From IMG/VR virus record IMGVR_UViG_3300035661_000064, positions 1 through 63,323 of that record: DNA of 63,323 nucleotides. One strand, 5' to 3'. Positions 48,476 through 58,890 of the stretch are shown here, piece after piece. The number at the start of each line of letters is the position of its first letter. Position 1 is the stretch's first letter. Under the pieces are notes generated by a model. It saw only the letters and a list, made by a program, of their open reading frames with translations. It did no database searches and was not told the origin of the DNA. A program made the position numbers and the translations under genes. The DNA is from a virus (taxonomy: Duplodnaviria; Caudoviricetes).

Positions 48476-49291
48476 TTAAACTAATTCATCTGTATGTTTG
48501 ATGAACTTAACAAGTAAATCTTCTTTAGCTTGTTTAGCAGCATTATTATTATAGTACTTTGTGGAGATATAATTGTTACGTCTGTCAAACTGAGACTCGA
48601 TTAAATCAGATAACTGAGTAGATGTTTCAACTCTCGCTTTAGCTGAAAGTTCTTTAATGATAGTTAGAAGCAGAGATTCTACATCTTTAACTAAACCAAA
48701 GAAAGCAGGTTTGTTAAGCTTAATAACGTCTAATTCAGAAACTCCCATAAACTTATGAGGCTTCATGTTTGTAAACTCATTCAATGTTTTCATTGCAAGA
48801 TTCTTAATGTCATACACTAAGAATCCTAGATGAAACAAAAATTCATTACTGATATAGTCAACTTTATCATTAAGACGATCACGATCAGTTTGATAGAAAG
48901 AAGATGGTTCTTTTAAGTGTAAGATCTTTAAGAACTCGTATTCACTAAACACTTCAGGATTTTCAAACATCATTACTCTAAATGCAATACTTAAGGATCT
49001 CAGATAAAACAGACAGTCAAAGAACTCAGATACTACATCTTCTTTAGACAATGATAATTGAGCTTCAAACTGATGCAAATCAACTGAATCGTCTAGTTGA
49101 CTGTCATCGTAATCAAGCGTTACTGATTCTAATGCTAGATCAAACTCTAACAACTCTACAGCTAAACGTGTAGCAGTCTCTTTGATTGGATTAACTATAA
49201 CTGAATCACTGTTGAACAAGTTAGAGATGACCATCTTTCGATGATTTTCTGAAAAGAATGTAAGTTGTTTTAGTTCTTTAGGCGTAGTCAT
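48476..49291 (-). CDS. Putative all-alpha NTP pyrophosphatase (MazG/dimeric dUTPase-like)
   Basis: AVELLEF...VVSEFFDCLFYL (E..E...E..D pattern) and NEF.NMKPHK. Confidence 0.45.
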   Translation of the reverse strand: MTTPKELKQLTFFSENHRKMVISNLFNSDSVIVNPIKETATRLAVELLEFDLALESVTLDYDDSQLDDSVDLHQFEAQLSLSKEDVVSEFFDCLFYLRSLSIAFRVMMFENPEVFSEYEFLKILHLKEPSSFYQTDRDRLNDKVDYISNEFLFHLGFLVYDIKNLAMKTLNEFTNMKPHKFMGVSELDVIKLNKPAFFGLVKDVESLLLTIIKELSAKARVETSTQLSDLIESQFDRRNNYISTKYYNNNAAKQAKEDLLVKFIKHTDELV

Positions 49292-49479
49292 TTATAAACT
49301 CCTTGTCAATGTTAATTAGACTTTTAAGGTTTTCGTTCCACTGAGCTGCCGATCTTTTTCGATCGTCAGCTTAAAGTTCAATTTTAATACTCATGATATG
49401 TTTCTCGTAAAAAGGTTAATAAAACGGTTTATGCCTTAGAAGATATCTCCTAAGGCATAGAATAAGTATATGCTTAAAA

Positions 49480-51222
49480 CTAAAACTCATCTTCTTCAGA
49501 TGTTTCTGTTATAGGATTTGTTTTAGCATGTTTACGAAAAGTGTTCAAAGACTTTTTAATAGCAGAGCGCCTATCAACATTCTCTTTAACAGAAGGTTCA
49601 GCTTTAGGATTAAACTCAGTTGAAGAAGGTTTAGCTGCTTCATTCATATGAAGATCGTCAAGAAGATCTCCTATGTTTAATACACCTATAGGAGCTTTCT
49701 CATTAATGTCATCTATCAAATGAGGAGTCTGTTTCCAGTTAGCAAAAGGTTGTGCAAAATAAATAGGTGCAGTGGGGTTAGGTTTACCACGGGACTTAAT
49801 TAGTTTGATTGTTTGAAACGACTTATGAAGAACTTTACTTAGCTCAATATAGATCAAGAACAAGAAATCGGTATTCTCTACCATTAGCTTCGATTCACCT
49901 ACAGACTTAGTACCAATCTTTTCAAGAACGTTTAAATTGCCTTTTTCAATACCTTCTTCAAGAGCAGCGATTGCTTCACTGTTAAGCTGAACAGCTGATG
50001 CAAGCATCACATTCTTAACTTTAGCAATAGTAGCAAATTCGTCAACTACTGCACCTAAGTCTAAACGGATGTCATTTCGTTTGTCAACTGGATTAATCCG
50101 TTTAGTGTAATCTTGAACAATTGCTTTAACACAGTAACCTAAGTTATTGTAGTAGTCAATGATGTTTTCAAGATCTTTGGTGTTAATAGATTTGTTACGA
50201 CGATATAAGAAAGCTAGAGCAAAACTATTGTCATTGTTGAAGCCTTCACTGTGAAACAAATCCATTACTTGCTTAGGAGTTTGTTTCTTAAACGGATTAG
50301 AAAGAACATACTCTTCTGGAAAGAAGAGTTCATAAATTCGTTGAGCAGTTTCAACTTGAGAGTTTTCACCTGAGATGTAAATAGCAATGTTGCGTTTACC
50401 TGTTGTTTGGTCTAAACGTTCAGGATTGTATTTCCAAATCCAAAACATGATTCTCATGAGGAATAAAGATTTACCTGAACCTGCTGGCCCACCAAACAAA
50501 TATTCTCTTCCTAACTCTAAACCACCTACTTCACCTAGTTGTCTATTCAATAATTGAAGTCCTGTCTTTAATACGTTAGTAGGGTCGTTTAACTTCTTAA
50601 TAGACTTTTCAAAGACAGCTTCAGCTCTATAGCTTTCTTCGTCAACTCCTAAGATGAAATCTTCTGCTTCGTCGTCGGAAAGAGTGGGAGATAGAGTCTT
50701 TCTAGTAACATCTAATGTTTCACAAAACTCTTGAACAAACTCTTCTAGGTCTCCCCCGAAGTCATTATTTTCAATTCGGCTTACTAGATCAATTAGCTCA
50801 TCTTTGTGCTTAAATAGACCAATGTAGTTTTTTCGGTTCTTGATGTATTTGACAATTAGACTATAGTCAATTTCATCATTAGCAGCTTTATCTTCAGCAC
50901 TAGCAAATTCATCTTCAACTACTTCAAGCTCATCTTCATTTGCAAAGTTAGATGTAATGACTGCTACTATATCATCAAGGCTCATTTCAGGATGTTCAAT
51001 AAATGTCTTACTTAGAAAGATGATTAAACTATAAAGCGTTTTAAGCCTAAATTCTTTAAACGATGAGATAATATCAAAGTCTAGACTTATAAGATCATTA
51101 CATAAAATTCGTTTTTCAAAAGGATTGATTTCTGCAAAGACTAAGCAGGCTAATATGCTGTTCAACATGTTAACATCTAAGTCAATTAAGACTTTCTTTT
51201 TTTGATTACCGTTATAACTCAT
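49480..51222 (-). CDS. dnaB: Replicative DnaB-like helicase
   Basis: LKTG, GGPAGSGKS, YISGEN, IVQDY, AVQLN, GES, KSR. Confidence 0.9.
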   Translation of the reverse strand: MSYNGNQKKKVLIDLDVNMLNSILACLVFAEINPFEKRILCNDLISLDFDIISSFKEFRLKTLYSLIIFLSKTFIEHPEMSLDDIVAVITSNFANEDELEVVEDEFASAEDKAANDEIDYSLIVKYIKNRKNYIGLFKHKDELIDLVSRIENNDFGGDLEEFVQEFCETLDVTRKTLSPTLSDDEAEDFILGVDEESYRAEAVFEKSIKKLNDPTNVLKTGLQLLNRQLGEVGGLELGREYLFGGPAGSGKSLFLMRIMFWIWKYNPERLDQTTGKRNIAIYISGENSQVETAQRIYELFFPEEYVLSNPFKKQTPKQVMDLFHSEGFNNDNSFALAFLYRRNKSINTKDLENIIDYYNNLGYCVKAIVQDYTKRINPVDKRNDIRLDLGAVVDEFATIAKVKNVMLASAVQLNSEAIAALEEGIEKGNLNVLEKIGTKSVGESKLMVENTDFLFLIYIELSKVLHKSFQTIKLIKSRGKPNPTAPIYFAQPFANWKQTPHLIDDINEKAPIGVLNIGDLLDDLHMNEAAKPSSTEFNPKAEPSVKENVDRRSAIKKSLNTFRKHAKTNPITETSEEDEF

Positions 51223-52502
51223 TGATCACCTTCTTTACCATCATCTAACCACTCGTTGATGTCATCAATTGTTACAGTTGTTTCACTCTTAGTAAATTCA
51301 GATAGAAATAGTGAAACTGCTTCACTTAGTTGATTGTTAGTTACTAACGCAGACAGTCTCATAGGAAGCTCAAACTCAGTTTGATTGTTTTCACTAGTGG
51401 TTTTAATCATTTCTTGAAGAGTTTCATGCTTAGACTTATTCACAGTGTCAACTACAATTCCTTTAGAAGTGTCAGTTAAGTAGATTTGTTCATCAATTGC
51501 TTTCTTGGTAGGTTGCAATGTAATATAGTCGTAATATTTAGATGACTTTAAGAGCTGAATGTAAGTATTAAACTGAGCAACTTGTTCGTCCTTAAACTTT
51601 TGTGTATAGAAGATTCGTAAGAAGTTAATAGGAGAGCTTTCAGATTGAAATAGGCTTTCAACTACAGGAATAAACTCGTTTGGAGATGAACAGCTTTTCA
51701 GAATGTGCTCTAGCGTAAATGACTGATACACTGGCGCTAGGTTGTTTTCAATTAACTTGTAAGACCATTTTTGAGGATTTTCAAGATTGATTGTGTAATG
51801 AAGAAAACCCTTTTTCTCAACTTCAAGATGAGAGTTTCGACTAAACGCACCATGATAGATTAACGAACCTATTGTAATTGAATGAGTATGAATGTGACCA
51901 CACCCTACAAACGTTGAACTGATTCGCTTTAATTCTTTCTCATCAAAGACTACATGGTTAGGATGATCTTTCTCAGTTTCAATGATCTTAGACAAGAATG
52001 CTTTTGACTTAATTGTGCCATGCATGAATACAGCAAAGTAAGTATTATCAGGAACATCGTAAATTAACTTAGAATAGTAAGCTTTCTCATCTGAAGGATA
52101 TTCTTCAGGAAGAAGTAAGAACTTAAAACCTTCTCCTAGCTCTACAGCTTGAGCTTTGTTTGCAAATACAAATAACTCAGAAGGAATGATTTCCTGAATC
52201 AACGGAACTATCTTTTCAAGCTGATCAAAATCGTGTGTATACGTTCCTCTCATTAAGAAGAATACAATCTCTTTTTCTTTACAGATGTTAGCTAGTTCAA
52301 TGAAGAACTTAATTGAGTTTTCTACTACTTTAGAATTGAACTCTAATCGATAATCAAAGAAATCTCCATCTAATACTAAGATGTCTACTTCGTTATTTCG
52401 CAAATAACTAGTTAGCAGAGAGAGTTCTTTAAAGATATCATGTTTTCTCTTTTTAACATGAACATCACCGAACTGAATAATAGACAATATATTTTCACTC
52501 AT
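51219..52502 (-). CDS. sbcD: SbcD/Mre11-like nuclease
   Basis: GDVH, GDFFD, RGTYTHD, MHGT, GHIH metallophosphoesterase motifs; early promoter 52535-52546. Confidence 0.85.
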   Translation of the reverse strand: MSENILSIIQFGDVHVKKRKHDIFKELSLLTSYLRNNEVDILVLDGDFFDYRLEFNSKVVENSIKFFIELANICKEKEIVFFLMRGTYTHDFDQLEKIVPLIQEIIPSELFVFANKAQAVELGEGFKFLLLPEEYPSDEKAYYSKLIYDVPDNTYFAVFMHGTIKSKAFLSKIIETEKDHPNHVVFDEKELKRISSTFVGCGHIHTHSITIGSLIYHGAFSRNSHLEVEKKGFLHYTINLENPQKWSYKLIENNLAPVYQSFTLEHILKSCSSPNEFIPVVESLFQSESSPINFLRIFYTQKFKDEQVAQFNTYIQLLKSSKYYDYITLQPTKKAIDEQIYLTDTSKGIVVDTVNKSKHETLQEMIKTTSENNQTEFELPMRLSALVTNNQLSEAVSLFLSEFTKSETTVTIDDINEWLDDGKEGDQ

Positions 52503-52635
52503 AACATTCTAACTCCTGATTAGTCTCTTAACATTAATATATACTTGAAATGAACATAAATTTGAACTTTTCGAATTCCGAAATCATTTTTTCACTACCT
52601 ATCAAATTGTTGAAATTAGCAAAAGGACAAAGATT

Positions 52636-53571
52636 ATGCGTAGTCTACGTGATACTAAATTCTTTGGGTTGGCATATGAGTCGTACCCTAAACACTTGAA
52701 AACAGAAGTCGACCCAAAGAACATTTTTCACAACAAACGTCTAAGTGAATCTCTTTATGACGTACTAAATCGAAACAAAAGCCTTTACAGCAGGATCATA
52801 GAACTTTCAGTAAAACCAAACGAAGACACTTTCTTTGTGTGTGGTAAAGGCTTTGAGTCAAATGTTACATGGTTTCCAGTATGGATGAATGCTGTAGATG
52901 GGAAACTGATGACATACATAAATGTGTCACATTATTCAAAATGTAATGAAGATAGTCAAGTTCGTCAAAGCATTTTACTAGGATTGTTATTAGGTGCAGC
53001 AGTTCTTCGTCTCTCAGTGATTAAGCAAGATATGATGAAAAAGAGTCTTAGTTTATTGAAAGAAACAGCTGCAGTATATTCTAAATTAGCAATCAAAGTA
53101 CTAGATCGTCAATTTGGTTTGTCACTTAACAAGAATGACGTTACTAAAACAAGATTTCTGTTAGCAAAGTTTTACCTTGTTTACCAATTAGGTCTAGATT
53201 CAAAAAGTGAGAGAACTGATCAAATTGCAGTAAACGTTCTAAATAGAGATGAATCAGTTTTAGCTATTACAGGAGTTGATTCATTATTTTCAGATGAAGA
53301 CTATCATGACCCTGTAAGGTTCTTCCACATATTAGGACAAGTTGTTTCTAAAATGAATGGTCTTTCATTCAAAGTATTCTTGCTTAATTCAACTCAGATG
53401 TACGGTGAAATGGTAGCTTTGTCGCTAGAGTATTTTCCTTACTTCTTGTTTTTGATTGTTTCAGTTTCAGCAGGAGCTAGTTTGTTTAACTCATTTGCTA
53501 CTGAACAATACGTTGCTCAGCATGAAGCAGCTATCATTGCAGCTATCCTGCAGATTGCTGAAACTCATTAA
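52636..53571 (+). CDS. Putative virion protein
   Basis: Late promoter 52553-52564; first gene of a structural operon. Confidence 0.45.
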   Translation: MRSLRDTKFFGLAYESYPKHLKTEVDPKNIFHNKRLSESLYDVLNRNKSLYSRIIELSVKPNEDTFFVCGKGFESNVTWFPVWMNAVDGKLMTYINVSHYSKCNEDSQVRQSILLGLLLGAAVLRLSVIKQDMMKKSLSLLKETAAVYSKLAIKVLDRQFGLSLNKNDVTKTRFLLAKFYLVYQLGLDSKSERTDQIAVNVLNRDESVLAITGVDSLFSDEDYHDPVRFFHILGQVVSKMNGLSFKVFLLNSTQMYGEMVALSLEYFPYFLFLIVSVSAGASLFNSFATEQYVAQHEAAIIAAILQIAETH

Positions 53572-53590
53572 TTGATGGAGCAAATGAATT

Positions 53591-55687
53591 ATGTCAGGAA
53601 AAGTATTAGACTACTATTCGGCTGAAGAAATCAATCGTATCTTAAAGTATTCTTCAAATCTTGTAGTAAAGCAAAAGCAGAAGTCTAACAAGTACGAAAC
53701 TAGCAAAAGTGTTGAAACTGGAAACATCTTAAAGATAATTGGAATGGGATACCCTATATCATTCCTATCTACAAATGATTTAACTCTTAAACTGTCAGAA
53801 GCTGAAATTCAGCTGTTTATAGATGACTATCATTTAAACACTTCTGACATTTATTCAATGTACAAAACCTATACAGATAACGCAGGAAACTCATTTACAG
53901 AACTTCAAGAGATGCCTGTCAAAAAGTCTAGTTCAAGTACTACAATATCTTCTAGGTCTCATTCGTTTTTTGAATCTAACTTGTATTATGTAAAGCTCTT
54001 TCTAACTAAAGGAGTTAATATTCTAACAGCTAGAAATGGAAGAGACTATGACATTATTCATGAAACAGATCTTTCTTCATTAGATACTAATACAAGAAAG
54101 ATTTTCTATGAAACGTTTCAAGCTAATAGAGACTACTACGTTAGAAATCTGTTTAATCCTTCTTTTATGTTTGAGAAAGAGTACGATAATTTCAACTGTT
54201 TCTTTATTACAATCATGACTTTGATAGAAGTATTAGGAGATAAAGTTACTGACTTGTTTAATGTTGATACTCTTAACAGCTATCACATCTCAAATCTGTT
54301 GTACTCTTACGACATAACGTTTATGGATGAAGTTCCACTTCACTATAAACGTAAGCTTTTAAGAAACCTTAACTTTCTTATTAACAATAAAGGCAGTAAC
54401 GTTATATTCACTACAGTGCTAAGTATTTTTGGCTTTAAGAACTCAAAAGTGTTTAAATACTACTTAGCTAAAACATTTAAGAAAGGCGATGACGGGTTTT
54501 ACGATTTTACTGATCCAGACCTAGTATTCTACAAAGTTCCTATTGAAAGTCTATCTATTGAAGAAGCATTTAAGAAGAACGAAATTGATGAATTGACATT
54601 TGAATCAGTTATAGCTGGTGATAAGTATTGGAAAGCTAGTAAAGCTGAAGTCTTGCAGAAAGAGTTCAACCATGCAAACAGCAAGTATTATGACATTGTA
54701 ACAGCAATTGACATGCAACGCGTTTCAACTAATTTGTCATACTTCTATGATGCGTTAAGCAATGTAGAATACAATTTCAAAGATGCTCCTTTTGAAGTAA
54801 TGGAGTTCAATTCTAGGTTTTCTAAAAATGGAAACAATACATCATTGTTTGACTTGTTCATAGCTGTAAATATCTTGAGTCTTTTCATGATTGGTTTTGA
54901 GTCTAATATTTACAAGACTCCTTCTGATGTCAGAGCTATTGCTTTAGGAGAAATACAAATCTATTCTGAAACACCTCAAATAGGTAATAGTTTTCCTGAA
55001 ACAATTGATCTATCTAGACTAACCAAACCGACTCGTGATCTGTTAGGTTCTGACTTGATATATTCTATGTCACAGTTAAAGTCAATAACTAACAAAACTA
55101 CGTTTGTAGAAATGTTTGATGCTAACCTTAAATTAAAAGAAGCAATTGAAGAAGCTATAAAACTATCTTCTGACTATGACGAAGTTCAAATGCTTGAAGA
55201 AGACTATAAGTACTTGTTTTTTAGTACTCTAAATCGTTTGATCTTTAAAGAACACACAACTTATTTAAGCTATTTGTACGAATCTTCTCCGGGTCTTGCA
55301 GATGAAATAAGTATAGCAATAAACTCTGATTTTGCAAAACAAGAAGGAGAAAATCTTCTTATTGAAGTACTATCAGTAATTGAAAAGCTGCTAGATAGTG
55401 AGAACATCAACTTCTTTGCTATAAGTCAACGTTACATTATCAACTATGCAAGAAAGCTCATTGAGTATTTCAAGTCATACACTATTCAATTGCGATCTTT
55501 TTCAGTCTTTTATCGTTTTGATACGTATGATGAATACTTGAAAATACTAGACAAACCATTTTATGATGGAAATACAGATGTGACTGATAGTCCTATTCTG
55601 TTTGATAGTTTTACACCGCACGGAAGCTATCAGAAATCATCAAAACTAAATATGTTATCCGATCAATTCCGACTAAAGGTGATTTAG
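53591..55687 (+). CDS. Putative baseplate wedge protein
   Basis: KRKLLRNLNFLINNKGS...LSIFGF segment typical of gp7/P2-I-like wedge proteins. Confidence 0.55.
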   Translation: MSGKVLDYYSAEEINRILKYSSNLVVKQKQKSNKYETSKSVETGNILKIIGMGYPISFLSTNDLTLKLSEAEIQLFIDDYHLNTSDIYSMYKTYTDNAGNSFTELQEMPVKKSSSSTTISSRSHSFFESNLYYVKLFLTKGVNILTARNGRDYDIIHETDLSSLDTNTRKIFYETFQANRDYYVRNLFNPSFMFEKEYDNFNCFFITIMTLIEVLGDKVTDLFNVDTLNSYHISNLLYSYDITFMDEVPLHYKRKLLRNLNFLINNKGSNVIFTTVLSIFGFKNSKVFKYYLAKTFKKGDDGFYDFTDPDLVFYKVPIESLSIEEAFKKNEIDELTFESVIAGDKYWKASKAEVLQKEFNHANSKYYDIVTAIDMQRVSTNLSYFYDALSNVEYNFKDAPFEVMEFNSRFSKNGNNTSLFDLFIAVNILSLFMIGFESNIYKTPSDVRAIALGEIQIYSETPQIGNSFPETIDLSRLTKPTRDLLGSDLIYSMSQLKSITNKTTFVEMFDANLKLKEAIEEAIKLSSDYDEVQMLEEDYKYLFFSTLNRLIFKEHTTYLSYLYESSPGLADEISIAINSDFAKQEGENLLIEVLSVIEKLLDSENINFFAISQRYIINYARKLIEYFKSYTIQLRSFSVFYRFDTYDEYLKILDKPFYDGNTDVTDSPILFDSFTPHGSYQKSSKLNMLSDQFRLKVI

Positions 55688-55688
55688 A

Positions 55689-56408
55689 ATGCCATTTGAA
55701 ACATTAACTGTTGAAGACTTTCTTCGAACATCTGATTACCATGATTCTAATTCTGTAAGCACGACATTAGAATTTATGAATGACTCTGACAACTTAAAAG
55801 AGGGTCTTAACGGAGTCTTAAACTTTATAAACCCTGCAAATGGACAACTTTTGTTTCGTAAATCAAACAAAGTAGTTTTACGTGGAAGAACATTTGCTAT
55901 CGAAAACGTCTTTAAGAAGATGGTAAACCCTCAAGTTGCAACAAACTACCTAGCAAACCTTAATCGGAAAGTAAACTTTTTCAAAGTAGGAAAAGGCGGA
56001 ACACCGATTAACGATCTATTTGCACCTTTAACTATTTCGCCTATTTCTGAAATGCTAAATAGTGAAATTCCATTTCAATCTATTCCATCAAATGCACAAC
56101 TTCTAGCAACTGATCCAACTACGTACATTCTTCCAGTAGTTGAAGGTGCTAAAACGTCTTATTACGGAAAGCAGTTTGACAATCGTGATCCTGAATTCAT
56201 TTTCAGTAAAGAAGACAATCGAGTCGCTATTCGAATGGAACTTAGTATTTCTGAGTATGATTTGCGTGATCGTTATATCAATGAGCTAGGTTTGTATTTC
56301 AGCACTACTTCATTTGCACAACCCGAACTTTATTCAAAAGTACATTTTCCATCAGAATCATTTACAGGTACAAAAGGACTATTAGTCGAATACTGGGCTT
56401 TTGCTTAA
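55689..56408 (+). CDS. Putative baseplate/tail-collar protein
   Basis: NKVVLRGR.F, FKVGKGG, INELGLY...LYSKVHFP pattern. Confidence 0.55.
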   Translation: MPFETLTVEDFLRTSDYHDSNSVSTTLEFMNDSDNLKEGLNGVLNFINPANGQLLFRKSNKVVLRGRTFAIENVFKKMVNPQVATNYLANLNRKVNFFKVGKGGTPINDLFAPLTISPISEMLNSEIPFQSIPSNAQLLATDPTTYILPVVEGAKTSYYGKQFDNRDPEFIFSKEDNRVAIRMELSISEYDLRDRYINELGLYFSTTSFAQPELYSKVHFPSESFTGTKGLLVEYWAFA

Positions 56409-56453
56409 AAATAAATAGGAATAGGACTTAAAGTCCTATTCCTATTGCGTATC

Positions 56454-58637
56454 TTAAAACAAGTCTATTACAAATTCAGCTGTTTGCTTATGAACAATCT
56501 CCATTAGTTTATCAGTGTTAATTGCAATTGCAGAAGTTTCAGCTTCTGTATCGTTCACTGTATTATAGTAAGTATCAGAATCGCTTAAGAAACCTACTGC
56601 GTCGTTTTCATAAACTTCTTCATAGACTTCAAAATCAACAAACATCATAAAGTAGCTTACTAACTTGTCTAAGTCGTTTTCTTCAAAGTAGTCTGTAAAC
56701 AATTCAACTGCTTTTTCTTCAGACAAGACTATTTTAGAGAGTAGATTTAAGTATTCTAACGGAATGTAATTAGGTTGTAAGATTTCTTTAGCTGAAGGAA
56801 GATTCATACTGGCTTTAGCTAAATCAAGTGTTTGCCGTAGTTTTAAGATTCCTATGTCATATCTTCCTTGAATGTTTTCACTATGTAAAAGTCTTTGCGT
56901 AGCAGTGAAAACTGAAGTTTTTGGAATTTTACCCCCAAACATTTGAACATTGAAGTACGAAGAAAGAAAGTTGTTTGTTCGCACAATTGATTGGTCTATA
57001 GCTTTAATAACAGGTGAATTCGCTAAGTCATAGCTAGAAGAAAAGGCTGACTCACAAAGACCAGACTTTGCATTTTTGTCTAGCAAGAGAGGGACAATTA
57101 ATTTAAACGGGTTTGCCGTATACAAAATAGATTCGCTATATTTGCTATCATCTAAGATTTCAATAGGACTATGTTGAATGGGACTAAAGAACTCTTTGAT
57201 GTTTCTAAACTCTGAACTTGGTCGTTTAATGAGTGAAGATGTATAAGGAGACATTGTTTCAATTGCTTTGTCGAGATACAGGTCAAACTCGTTAGCTGCA
57301 TATTCAATTTGGATAAGACCCTTTTTACGTTTCATTACAGAGTAAGAAGTGTCTTTAACTAAATCATCAACAAATTGGTTTGAAGCTTTTTCAAAGGAAT
57401 TAAGCAATTCAGATTTTATACGCGTATTACTGGTTAGTGTTGCAAGGTCTTTGCTCTTACTATTGTTGCGACTAAAATTAACAGGACATGCTATAAATCC
57501 ACCGCCTAAGCGTGTTAAGTCTTTCTTTGAAAGAAGCTTGTTAATATAAACATGTTGTCCGTTTCTACTAGAAGCCTTTAAAATGCTATCTTTAGTAATT
57601 TTAGCAATAGAAAGAGTGAGAGTGTCTATATCTTCTTTAGATGACATAAAGTTTGTATCGTTGAACAAGTCTGAAACAATGACTACAGAATCTATAATCA
57701 CGTTAACTGCTGACATTGGAATGAGGAAAGTTAAGTTGTTTAAGTCAACTTTGTTATTAAATAACGAAGCTGATTCGTCATTTGCACGTTTTTGATAAAA
57801 CAGTCTAGTAGGAAAATAGACTTCATTCATATTAGCTATTTCAATTCTTGATTTAAACGAAATAGCTTCTTCAAGTGAAGAAGGAGTATTGATAATTGAA
57901 TGAACGCGACTAATCTCTTCAGTGCAGCTTATGTAAGTCCTCCAAAGCTCTTTGTAATAGTCTGATTCAGTATCTAAACCATCTAAGGCTATATAAAGCT
58001 TACGCGACCTTTCAGTTACATCTTTCTTGTAAATTTTGTACATACTGTCTAGTACAACAGCAGGTAGCTCATTAAAGAGACTTCTATTACATAAAGTCTT
58101 TGAATCAACGTAAGCTACAATTTGAGTTTTTACAGATTTGTCAAATGAAACGTTTTTGATTTCATCTACAATTTCAGAAGGAAGAAAGACATTTCTAGTT
58201 GTTACTGAATCAAGTTTGAATGCAAGAGAAGTAAGAGGTTCTGAACGTTTCTTAATCTTGAATGAGTAGTCTACTCCTAATAGATTAGGAGCATAATAAA
58301 AGAATAGTTCTAAGTACTTTTTACTCAATGTAAAGTCTAGTAATTCATCTTTTGAAAGACTGTTTAGAAAGTTACTTGAAAAGATGAATTCAATTACGTC
58401 ATGACTGAAAGCACGCATAGCAGCGTCTATTTCAGGCGTGACTCCTAACAGTTCGTTAGTGTAAGCTGAATTGAACGAATTAGACGGGAAGAAAGTTTGA
58501 ATTATGCCTTCATTGAAAAAGCTTCCTTTCAAAACAGTTTCTAACAAATTTAACACTTCTTTAAGAGTTTTGTTTTCTAGGATCAAAGGTTTTTTGATTA
58601 CTGCTTTTGCAGTTTTGTTTGACAATTTAATAGCCAT
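56454..58637 (-). CDS. Large hypothetical early protein
   Basis: GGAG RBS before ATG 58637; early promoter 58675-58686. Confidence 0.6.
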   Translation of the reverse strand: MAIKLSNKTAKAVIKKPLILENKTLKEVLNLLETVLKGSFFNEGIIQTFFPSNSFNSAYTNELLGVTPEIDAAMRAFSHDVIEFIFSSNFLNSLSKDELLDFTLSKKYLELFFYYAPNLLGVDYSFKIKKRSEPLTSLAFKLDSVTTRNVFLPSEIVDEIKNVSFDKSVKTQIVAYVDSKTLCNRSLFNELPAVVLDSMYKIYKKDVTERSRKLYIALDGLDTESDYYKELWRTYISCTEEISRVHSIINTPSSLEEAISFKSRIEIANMNEVYFPTRLFYQKRANDESASLFNNKVDLNNLTFLIPMSAVNVIIDSVVIVSDLFNDTNFMSSKEDIDTLTLSIAKITKDSILKASSRNGQHVYINKLLSKKDLTRLGGGFIACPVNFSRNNSKSKDLATLTSNTRIKSELLNSFEKASNQFVDDLVKDTSYSVMKRKKGLIQIEYAANEFDLYLDKAIETMSPYTSSLIKRPSSEFRNIKEFFSPIQHSPIEILDDSKYSESILYTANPFKLIVPLLLDKNAKSGLCESAFSSSYDLANSPVIKAIDQSIVRTNNFLSSYFNVQMFGGKIPKTSVFTATQRLLHSENIQGRYDIGILKLRQTLDLAKASMNLPSAKEILQPNYIPLEYLNLLSKIVLSEEKAVELFTDYFEENDLDKLVSYFMMFVDFEVYEEVYENDAVGFLSDSDTYYNTVNDTEAETSAIAINTDKLMEIVHKQTAEFVIDLF

Positions 58638-58735
58638 GATGAATACTCCGTGTTTATTAGGTTGAACATGTAATTTATATATGTTTGAAAAAGAAAACAA
58701 ACAGTGGAGACAATCTCCACTGTTTGCATGTTTTG

Positions 58736-58828
58736 TTAGAAAACTGATAGTCTACAATCTTTGATAAATTGCTTAACTTGTTTTAAGAATGTCAAACTGA
58801 AAACAACGATTAGTTTAATGATATTCAT
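58736..58828 (-). CDS. Possible 30-aa hydrophobic peptide
   Basis: MNIIKLIVVFSLTFLKQVKQFIKDCRLSVF between two hairpins; weak RBS. Confidence 0.25.
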   Translation of the reverse strand: MNIIKLIVVFSLTFLKQVKQFIKDCRLSVF

Positions 58829-58890
58829 AATGTAATATTCCATGCAATGTTAAAGAATGGTTAGCTTACATAAGCTAACCATTTGTAGTG

